NCBI GenBank assembly: GCA_000002445.1
Contig: AE017150.2
Coordinates: 640,001 to 704,000 of the forward strand
From: Trypanosoma brucei
Taxonomy: Eukaryota
DNA: 64,000 nucleotides
Reading direction: 5' to 3'
Shown: positions 44,787-54,401 of the stretch, one piece after another
How positions within the stretch are numbered: position 1 is the stretch's first letter
How the letters are laid out: the number at the start of each line of letters is the position of its first letter
Made by a program: the position numbers and the translations under genes
Notes under the pieces: model-generated
Databases searched by the model: none
Told to the model about the DNA's origin: nothing
Seen by the model: only the letters and a program-made list of their open reading frames with translations

Positions 44787-46754
44787 ACAGCAATTTTTTT
44801 TTGTTAAATGAGCCGGGAAATATAGAAATCATTAAAAAAGAAAAGAAAGAAAAAGAATGAAAAAGAAGAGGGGAAAGGGGGAGAGACTCATATCATCACA
44901 TGCCTTTCGGATATTATATTAAATACATGCGCAACATCGTACTTGTTTTATTTAATTTGCGTGCATGTGTAATTGAGAGCATGAATTTGCTTCAACCATT
45001 ACAATTAGAAGCGACACGGGACGAATACGACCGCAACTTTTATCCTTTCAATAAATATTCCACACGATTCCGCTGCACTGCGTTATTTAATTTCATTTTT
45101 AAATATTACAAATAAATATATAAATATATATATATTTATTTATATATATTCACTCCACCTTCCCATTCACCTTAACGTTTTTATTGCGCCCTTTTCCCCC
45201 CTCTCCGTTTTCAACTGTGTTTCTCCCACTTTTGAATCACAACACATATTTCTATAAATGTATGTTTGTTATTGATAATTGCTTCACTTGGACCTTCTCG
45301 TTATTGTTTTGTTTTATTTGTCTTTTTGATATTTTATTAACTTTTTAAAAAAAATTTTCCCCTTTTTTCCCATTTCTCTCTTTTCTTCCTTAAATACATT
45401 TATTCAAACATGTTCTTTTTCTCCTCCTCCTCCCCAAAGACACATGCATGCGCTTGCGTATCCTTGTCTTACTTTTTCTTTTTCTCTTTCTTTCTTCCTT
45501 CGAAAAGAAAACTAAAAAAAAAAATTCACCTGTGTTTCGTTCCTCAAAGATCAGATACAACTGTTTCCGCCAATAACAATAATAATGATAGTAACAGTAA
45601 TATCAAAAGGTATAAATAAAATATACAAATATATACCGATATTTCACAATTAATACAAGTAAGTGACGCAACATAGAAAACAAAACAAAACAAAATCGAG
45701 AAGGGAAGCTAGAACAAGAACATATGCACACATACATATACACAGAGACATACACATACATATACACGAATAAAGGTAAATCAAACTGTTAAGGAATGGC
45801 TGAGGGAGTTAAATAAATAAAAAAAAGTAAAGGAAAGAACAACAACAACGAAAACAACAACAACAACAAAGAAACATAACAAAAAAAAGAGAGCTGAGTT
45901 TCCACAAACGTACGTGAACTCTTCTTTATTATTATTATTATTTATTTATTTCTGGCGGGTTGATATCTAATGCCGTTGGCCCTACGACCCACGTGTTTCT
46001 TTCTTTCTACTTTTTTTTTTTAAATTTCTCTCTTCCTTTTTTTTTTTGTGAAACCATTCACTCGTTGATTTCTTTTCCTCATACATTTTTTCTTTCCGTT
46101 TTGTGCGAGTCCACGCTTCGGTATTATTATTATTATCATTATTGTTAGTGTTGGTAGTAGTAGTAGTAGTATTATCCTTGCCCATTTTTTCCTTCCTATC
46201 TCTCTGTCGTTTTTATTTCTTTTTGTCCTCCCGTTCCTTTTTTTTAAAAAAAGATAAACGAAAGGAAAAATCAAAACTAATCGCCATTTCCCACTTGAAA
46301 ACCATCAGGTATCGCCTTATATTTACTTGACACAATGCCCATGCAAAAAAATCCCCCAATTCCTCCAGTTCCACTCCATACATCCACCCGATCCCGCCCT
46401 TCTTTCTTTTTTTAAAAAAAATCTGTTTTATTTGATAACGACAACCCAAATGCCAAACTTTCGATATTGTTTTTTTCTTTTTTTTAACGCTCCGTCACGT
46501 GCCTTCGGCCAGCATGATTTGCATTAACGCTATTTTTTTGTTCCTTCATACATATATGTACAATTCTTCCTGTTCCTCTTCGTATATATTTATATATTTA
46601 TTTCTTCATCTTCCTATTCACTCATTTTCTCTGCTTTCTTCTTTATTTTATTTTTTCTGATATATATATATATATATCATATATTATTTCACTTATTACC
46701 TCTGCCGTTCCTTAAATACACAAACACAGTATATATATATATATGACAGCCATC

Positions 46755-48218
46755 TTAACAGAACATCTGTGGTACCATTGGATAAGACATCATTCCCATT
46801 TGCGCTGTCCCTAACCGCTGCATCGCCGCTGGACTGCTCTCAAATACCTCAATATAACGCGTGCCCATCATTGCACCATTTCTATCAAGTGCCAAAAGCA
46901 CATCATTTCTGTCCTCAACCTCCACGAAGGCTTCTCCCGTCAGACGATTACGCTCATCATAAACCATATGAACCCCTTGCGGCGGGATTTTTACACCAGC
47001 GAAGAACTCCGCAATGGCCTCCTCTGAGGCGCTGTATGGCACGCCACGAATTCGCACAACGAAGGGACTCGGCTGCCGCGCCACCACCAGCGATGACTGC
47101 CCAGGGAAAACTGGAAGAAATGGTGGCGGTGGAGCTCCGCCAGCACCGGGGGGATATGGCGCGGAAGGTCCTTCGGCAACAATTCCTCCACCGCCAACAA
47201 TCCCCCGCTCATCGCTGAACCGGCGATACGGTTGATTGTTCATGGAGTAACGGACATCTCGTCCATCACCACCACCACGCGGATTCATGAAAGAGTTATT
47301 ATGAGGACTGTAGTGATGAAACTGTTGGGCTTGACGATGATGTTGGTGGTTATGGTAGTAGTTTTGCATTTGCGCACTGTGGTGTTGGGCGTGGTGATGG
47401 TTGTTATGGTATTGATGGTGAAATGGCCTCTGGCCCCCAAACCCCAACGGTTGCATGTAACCCTCATAAGTAGTTGGAACAAAAGGGTCAATAATCCGCT
47501 GGACCATCATCGACTCATGGCCCTGGTGGTGCGAAACATCGCCATCCGTGACACTTATTTCATACCCACGACCGCTTCGTCGACCCCGCCGCGAGCGCTG
47601 ACTGGAGGCTCGCATGATGGCATCGCGATCATATACAGTAGAGGGCAGAACTTCAATGTAACGATTGCCCATTGCTTTGCTATGAAGAAGTTTGACACGC
47701 TTCACATCTTCCTCTGATGCGAGCTCAATGAAGGCATCTCCGGTGTTCCTCCCGTCCATGTCACGGCAGATGTCAATGCTCAATACACCTTCCATAGATT
47801 CAATGAAGGTTCGTACATCATCTTCCGTAGCCGCAAAGGGGAGCCCGCGAAGCCGCAGAACGCAAGCCTTATTGCTTTGCTCTTGTTGCTCCATAATACG
47901 CTGTCGCTCCTCCTCTGATGATGTGGAGATCTCAACGTAGCGGGTTTCATCTATGTTTTGGCGATGCAGGCGGTTAATTGCCAACGCCGCGTCCTCCGCG
48001 TTACGAAGTCGAACAAACCCTGTCCCGCGATGAAGGCCCTCAACAAAAAATACAATGGGCTCTTCATCTGCCAAACTAAATGATCCAAAAAACTCCCGAA
48101 TCTTTTCCTCTTTGATGGAGTACGGTAGCCCGTAAAGCCTTAACACCGCGGCTCCCTCTGGCCGGGGACTTTGGCTTCTTTGCTGTTGTTGTTGTTGCTG
48201 CTCAGGAGACTGTTCCAT
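46755..48218 (-). CDS. HNRNPH: hnRNP F/H-like RNA-binding protein with three quasi-RRMs and a His/Gln-rich region
   Basis: Three qRRM signatures LRLYGLPYSIKEEKIREFF, LRLRGLPFAATEDDVRTFI and VRIRGVPYSASEEAIAEFFAG; compare hnRNP F RGLPW/RGLPF/RGLPY. Central H/Q/Y-rich low-complexity segment (HHQYHNNHHHAQHH...). N-terminal poly-Q. Confidence 0.75.
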   Translation of the reverse strand: MEQSPEQQQQQQQRSQSPRPEGAAVLRLYGLPYSIKEEKIREFFGSFSLADEEPIVFFVEGLHRGTGFVRLRNAEDAALAINRLHRQNIDETRYVEISTSSEEERQRIMEQQEQSNKACVLRLRGLPFAATEDDVRTFIESMEGVLSIDICRDMDGRNTGDAFIELASEEDVKRVKLLHSKAMGNRYIEVLPSTVYDRDAIMRASSQRSRRGRRSGRGYEISVTDGDVSHHQGHESMMVQRIIDPFVPTTYEGYMQPLGFGGQRPFHHQYHNNHHHAQHHSAQMQNYYHNHQHHRQAQQFHHYSPHNNSFMNPRGGGDGRDVRYSMNNQPYRRFSDERGIVGGGGIVAEGPSAPYPPGAGGAPPPPFLPVFPGQSSLVVARQPSPFVVRIRGVPYSASEEAIAEFFAGVKIPPQGVHMVYDERNRLTGEAFVEVEDRNDVLLALDRNGAMMGTRYIEVFESSPAAMQRLGTAQMGMMSYPMVPQMFC

Positions 48219-48641
48219 GACGAGTGTTGTGTCTGTTGTAGCTTCGTTTTCAACCAGTAGGGGAAAACCTTTACTTCCCTTCCCTTCCCTCTTCTTCTCT
48301 TCTCTCTTTTTTTTTCCTTCTTACTGCCTTTTTCTCACTTCCAAACAAATTCTGGAATTATTTGTTTGTTTAGTAAGTTAAATCCTAACAGATGTTGTTT
48401 TAACAACAACAACAACAACAACTTTGCTTTCCTTGTTTCTTTTCGCTCTTCCCTCTCTAAATATGTCTTTGATAATATTAATATTGTTTCTCTTCTTCTT
48501 TTTTCCCTTTCGTGCGCGTAAAAAAAAAAAATTATGTTTAGCCTTTCTTTGGTTTGCTTTTACTTTATTTTTTTTTTAAATTTTGATTCCTCTTTTTTCT
48601 TTCCGTGTCTGTTGGGTTCCGCCCTCCGAGCGGATAAACGA

Positions 48642-48714
48642 AAATAATAATAATAATAGTAATAATAATAATAATAACAATAATAATAATAATAATATAT
48701 ATATATATATATAT
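48642..48714. repeat. (AAT)n about 55 bp followed by (AT)n compound microsatellite
   Basis: aataataataataatagtaataataataataataacaataataataataataatatatatatatatatatat read directly. Confidence 0.9.
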
Positions 48715-51132
48715 AAATCCAAATAAAACAAATACCGCCGAAAGTTCACGCAAGGACACACAAACACAAACACACGAAAAAATTTTTCTTTCTGTCACAC
48801 AATATATATGATATCAAATAGAGAAATGAAATGAATGAAAAGAAAAAGAATTACACTTCGAAGATTCTGTTTGTTTCACTTATTAGTTTATTAGTTTCTC
48901 GACTTTAATAATACAACGTAAGAGATTCAAAACAAAAAAAAACTTATAGTCCTAAAATCACAACACAAACTGAAAGGAAACCTCTCCGCCTAATGATACA
49001 ATACAAAGCAAAAAAAAAAAACAACAATAACAACAACAGGAGTATGGTAGCTCAAAAATTAATAACGAAATTATTAATAATAACAATAATAATCGAAGGG
49101 AGGAAAAAAGATAAGTATCGGAAAATCAGCTTAGTGCAGCGGACAAACACAAAAACAAACAAACAAAGCCGGTTGTATGCGTTTATTTATTTATTTAACT
49201 CACCCGACGTTGTTTCCTTTTTTTTTCTTCTTTTTTCTCTTTGATTCCCTTAGCCGTCAAATTACGTTGCCGTTTCGATATGGTAAGGAACCGCTGCCGC
49301 AGTGCGTAATGCTGCTCGCAACTTATTTATCCCAAAAAAAATTTTTTTTTTAAAAAAAGAGAAAATCAAAAACCTTCTTTTCCTTTTATTTTTATTTTAT
49401 TTTATTCTTATCTTGTTTTATTTGTTTGTTTACCTTCTCTTCTTTCACTCGCTGCTTTGTACGTAAGATTCGGTTTCACGCGTAAGCAACCACTAGTTAT
49501 TTGTTGTTGTTGTTGTTATATTTTTATTTTTTTTTTATAAAAAAAAAAACAACCGATTTCTTTTTCTTTCCCCTTTTCTCTCTTTTGATGCTCAAACACA
49601 CACACACACACAGGAATGACGGATTTAGCTGAGTAGGCGGGTTTTTTTTTTCCAGTTACTCTCGCTTTTTTTTTCTTGTTTGGTTGTTTTTCTTCCTTCT
49701 TTTTCGCTTCACCTCTTTTCCTTCCCCCGCACGCTTCCGTTCTTGTCGTTGTTTTGGCGTCTAATCACACAAACGAACAAATAAAACAACAAGTCAAAAA
49801 CACACTAAAGAAAACGAAAACGAAAAAAAAAAAGAAGCGTTACTAAATTAAACTAACTATATATATATATATGTCTCCCTTTTCCAAATCCCTTTTATTT
49901 TTTTTTCTTCTTTTACTTTCTACGAAACTCTACACACGTTTCCCTTTCTTTCTTTCTTTCTTCCACCCACTCCCTTGTGCTCAAACTTCCTCTTCCTTCC
50001 TTCTTTCCTTTAACTCACTGAATGTCTGCCTTCCTTTCTGACCTTTTCTCTTCCTTTCCTTCACTCTTTCCGAGTATTTTTGTGCGTCTCTTTTTTTTTT
50101 TCTTTTCTCTTCTTTTCTTTTTCCCCCTCCCTTCTACTTTCTTCTTACGCTCTCACGTATGCACTGTCACTTGACTGTACACAACACAGACACAAAAGTA
50201 AACAAAACAAAACAAAAAACAAAAAACAAAAAAAAACAAAAAACAGAAGCCCCAAAGTGCCGCTTTGTTTAATTTTATTACCTTTTTTGGTATTTGGTGT
50301 TGTTCTTCGCTCTTAGTTATATAACCTCCGGTACTGTAGGTCGTAAGGGATATAACGTCAATGTATAAATATATAAATCAATATCAATATATTGAGTTGT
50401 TACCACTTAGCTCCCGTCCTGAGGTTTTTGTTCCTTGAACGTGACCTCGCCAGTCGTTTTTTTCCTTCTTTCCTCCCCTTCCTTTTCTTTTCTTCCAAAA
50501 ATCCTTCTAGTTTGTTCTCTCACTTCTCCGTCTCCGTCTGTTTGCTTTTTGAATATATATATATATATATAATTTTTTAGATATATATATATATATATAT
50601 ATGTTGGATCTTCACTATTGTCCCTTCTTCTTTGTTCCCCTTTTAGTTCGGAAATGAGTAATAAGAGATGGGGAAAAAAGAAAACAAATAAATAAATGAA
50701 AGCAAGGGACACGAATATGTATATTCAATTTTTTTTTGCATTGTTTAAATAAGGAACAACGTAAGAGATTAGGGACGTTAGTACAGATAATAACGGTAAT
50801 AACGGCGATGTTGGGAAAGAATTTTGGAAGAATAGAAATACGTTGCCAAAAGATAATATTTGGCTACATGTCCAATGTTTATCCTATCGCGTTGACATGT
50901 GCTTCATCAACGACTGCACAATCACCAAAAGAACGGCGTTCGCACAAAAGCAAAATCAACCATTTTTTCAAAAAAAAAAAATGAAACATTCAAAGAACCA
51001 AACCAAGTCGATATTGTTTCATTTAACCCTTCTCCCCATCCTCCCCCCCCCCAAAAAAGACAACACACACACACAGTCGTACATATCCATTCACTCATTC
51101 ATCACTCTTGCATCAAACGTTGCCGTAATCCT

Positions 51133-52701
51133 TCAAAACTGTGTGAAGAGTAGCGCAGTACTCATGCCGCCAAACCCAAAACTGGTTGAGAGAACTGCTT
51201 CTCCCTTAAATGCACAGGCGGTGGTCCCCTGCACGAGTTGAATGGCGCCGGATGCCGGAAATGATGGGACGTGGAGGTTAACATTTGGTGGAGCCCGCTG
51301 CTCATGAAGTGCCATAACAGCCACTGCCGCTTCGACACTTCCCGCAGCTCCCAACAAGTGACCAATACCGCCCTTCACGCTGCTCACCAACAGCGGTGAG
51401 TTGCGAATAATAGCGGATTTATTATCGCTGCCATCGGTACCGTTTAGAACAGCTTCAATTGCATGGAGCTCCAAGTCGTCTCCAATTGTTCCCGTAGCGT
51501 GTGCATTGACATAAGCAACACATGCAGCAGGAACATCACCACCGTCACGTAAGGCGGAGCGGAGGCACAGCTTTGCCCCGTAACCATCAGGACGCGGTGC
51601 AGCAACATCATGTGCATCGGAGGAGGTACCAAATCCGCGTAACTCAGCAATTATGTGAGCACCCCGTTCCCGTGCGTGTTCCAATGACTCCAAGACCAAA
51701 ACACCAGCACCTTCACCCATAATGAAACCTGCGCGATCTTTGTCGAAAGGACGAGACGCCTCCTGTGGACGGTTATTGTACTTGGTGCACAACGCCCGCA
51801 TGCGTGAGAAACCGGCGATGGCAACGGGAGTAATACACGCTTCAGCAGACCCACAAATGACAACATCAGCACGTCCCTGTTGTATCCAGCTTGCCGATTC
51901 ACCAATACAATGGCCTCCAGTGGCACATGCGCCCACGGAACTACCAACTGGTCCATGGACATTGTACGTCATCGCAACGAGTCCTGTCAGCATATTACCG
52001 AGGATCTTCGGGACGAAAAGGGGGCTGATGCTGTTGTAACGTATCTGTGCGGGATCTGCAAATAGATTATACGCGGCGTCGCACACATCAACGAGCGAAG
52101 GCATACCCACGCCCAAATTCACACCAATGCGCTCCGCGGAACATGATGAAGCGATCCGCCTCTCCGGAGCAGACGACCGTTTAGAGTTATCTGAAGCTGC
52201 CTCATTTGGATGGGCGACGGCCCCCGAAGGTAAAGCACAAAATACGTCTGTACCAATGAGTTTGGCGTGAATAAGTGCCTCTCGCACAGCATGCAGTGCA
52301 AATCGTGTAGCCCGCGTCTCACGGGAAGTGGGTGCAAAGTTAGGCAGGTCGGTTGTTGACACCAACTCTCCGATAACGGGGGCAGCGACCTGACACGGCA
52401 TGGCAGCAAGCAATTCCTCGCGTCGCTTTCCTTTTTCTTCCGTTGTGAGACGCCTGTCAGAATCAATGGAAGAGGGAAAGAAAAATGGTGCTTCTCGCAA
52501 CGCGCGTGTTGCTGACTTTCCCTCGCACAAAGCAGACCATGTGGACTGAGCGCCGACACCTAACGGCGTGACGGCTCCGAGACCCGTAACAACCACACGG
52601 CGGCGCACTTGTGGGGGGAACGTTCCAAATGCCATGCTGTTCTTTTTTCCTCTACCTTCTTTTTGTGTATGCCCCTGCTCAATATGGCCAGTTCTGCGCA
52701 C
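51133..52701 (-). CDS. KAS: 3-oxoacyl-[acyl-carrier-protein] synthase (beta-ketoacyl-ACP synthase, type II FAS; mitochondrial KAS)
   Basis: KAS I/II active-site Cys motif GPVGSSVGACATGGHCIGESA. His motifs NAHATGT and KGGIGHLLGAAG. The N-terminal extension before RRVVVTGLGAVTPLG is plausibly a presequence; true start may be the internal MAFGTF... Confidence 0.85.
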   Translation of the reverse strand: MRRTGHIEQGHTQKEGRGKKNSMAFGTFPPQVRRRVVVTGLGAVTPLGVGAQSTWSALCEGKSATRALREAPFFFPSSIDSDRRLTTEEKGKRREELLAAMPCQVAAPVIGELVSTTDLPNFAPTSRETRATRFALHAVREALIHAKLIGTDVFCALPSGAVAHPNEAASDNSKRSSAPERRIASSCSAERIGVNLGVGMPSLVDVCDAAYNLFADPAQIRYNSISPLFVPKILGNMLTGLVAMTYNVHGPVGSSVGACATGGHCIGESASWIQQGRADVVICGSAEACITPVAIAGFSRMRALCTKYNNRPQEASRPFDKDRAGFIMGEGAGVLVLESLEHARERGAHIIAELRGFGTSSDAHDVAAPRPDGYGAKLCLRSALRDGGDVPAACVAYVNAHATGTIGDDLELHAIEAVLNGTDGSDNKSAIIRNSPLLVSSVKGGIGHLLGAAGSVEAAVAVMALHEQRAPPNVNLHVPSFPASGAIQLVQGTTACAFKGEAVLSTSFGFGGMSTALLFTQF

Positions 52702-53069
52702 GTATACGTTACTGCGTTAAAGGTGTGAGACACCCAGTGGTGATATATATACGAGTTGTGTTTGCCCGTTGTTCTTCTCCCTATGTTTTTGTTACCGTTG
52801 CTACGGTTTCACATGTACCTGTACCAATCTTTCTAAATGAATGAGAAACAACAGTCCACGTTGCCGACACTCCTCACAAGAAAGTGACACCAAACCAGAA
52901 TGTAAATCACTCTTCCCTGCTCCGTAAAGAAACAAAGCCCAGTAAACACCTAGTACACCGTCACCGACGCAAGCACCGCCTTTTAGTTACCACTGTACTG
53001 ATACCATACCACCATTTACACCAGCAAGCAGCAATCGCAACGCGTGTCGCAGTGCAAGAATCACCTCGT

Positions 53070-53639
53070 CTACTTGCGCCTAGAATAAACAGCCTGCGTA
53101 GTTGCCTGCCGCACGTAGGAACCACGTGACAGACCCCGTGAGGCGCTGAAATTTCTCAACCCCGGCAGCATGTGACCTGAAACTATTTGCAATTGGTCCC
53201 ACAACCCGTCTACGGATTGCGCGCCACGCTCCCGGGAAGCCACTGCCCGCGCTCGTACTGATCGTGATTCCATGAGGCCGCGCTGGACGTTAAGAATGCC
53301 TTCACCCCGGCGAATGGCAGCTGAGATTAACTTCGGAGCTGAGAGGTGGCGACGGCTATGGAACTCGTTGCGCAGACGAAAGAGAAGATCCGCACGCTCC
53401 TGAGGTGGGTGCTGATAAATCAGTTTCAGTAAGTCGCGATACAAATGCAACACATCCTGCGCCCGGTAGGGGAAGTTATAAAATGACGGAACCGCCGTAC
53501 CAAGAACCTGCGGCTCACGTCCCCTCGCAAGGCTACGCAGGCAACAAGAAAACATAACCCCGCCTCGGTTCCCGCTTTGGGGAAGGGATATAACAGGGGA
53601 CCTTCGAAAACCGAAATGGTGAAGCTGTGGGCGGTTCAC
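53070..53639 (-). CDS. Complex1_LYR-motif (LYRM family) protein, putative
   Basis: LHLYRDLLKLIYQ ... FRLRNEF fits the L-Y-R ... downstream F pattern of LYR proteins. Small basic protein. Start may be the internal Met (MFSCCLRS...). Directly upstream of the KAS gene in the polycistron. Confidence 0.45.
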   Translation of the reverse strand: MNRPQLHHFGFRRSPVISLPQSGNRGGVMFSCCLRSLARGREPQVLGTAVPSFYNFPYRAQDVLHLYRDLLKLIYQHPPQERADLLFRLRNEFHSRRHLSAPKLISAAIRRGEGILNVQRGLMESRSVRARAVASRERGAQSVDGLWDQLQIVSGHMLPGLRNFSASRGLSRGSYVRQATTQAVYSRRK

Positions 53640-54401
53640 TGTATTTCCGATGTTTCAGTACCGAGCCTGTTAATGAATATATAAACGTAGTTGTATGTGT
53701 AAATGTATATATCTTTACCCACACACGCCACAAACAGTATCGGTAAAAGAGATGAATTACAAGGAATGAACCGTGAAGTTCACGAAAATGCGCTTCCCTC
53801 CCTTTTTCAGTCCCCCTTCTGATATTCGGAGCTTCAGTAGGGCGACCTAGGAAAAGTGCAATGGGGGTAACCACAATTGCGCTGTGTTAAATGCAGGCAG
53901 AGAGTGAAGAGTGTGAGGTAAATGAGATGAGAAACCCGAAGTAGCACAAGACAGATTGCGCGAAATGAAGGTCACAGAAACAGTTATTTCTAAAGTAAAA
54001 CGGAATCTCGAACTACAAAGTAGGTAAAAGTACACGAGGAGTAGAGGCATCAACAGCACTGACGGCCAGAAGTAAAAATAATAAAAAACAGGGAGAACTT
54101 CAAGATGTTACAAACACCGCCAGAGCTAATCTATAAAAAACATTTCACTCTATAACGGCACAAAACGTAAGTGACGCATGTACGCTACACAATAACCCAC
54201 AAATTTTTTGGCTACTCAGTTTCTAATATGACTTTAAGTTTTGGGGGCCTTTTTTTTTATTTTGATTCTACCCAACTCACGTGAACCCCAAGAACGCCCT
54301 CACTTCCACCTGATGAGTATCTTTGATAGTGTCGTGTGTACAGCTTACACGAAACATTTCTCTGCAACCCGTAACTCAGACTCAGGCAACTATCTTTCCC
54401 G

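Noticed and set aside
39151-46754. Calling the large spacer a retrotransposon (ingi/RIME/SIDER) or an SL RNA / rRNA locus.
   Set aside because: I cannot find a reverse-transcriptase or endonuclease ORF, the SL exon sequence (…ctgtactatattg) or rRNA-like conserved blocks by eye. The repeat content is simple-sequence rather than interspersed-element-like. It is left as an open question to test by BLAST.
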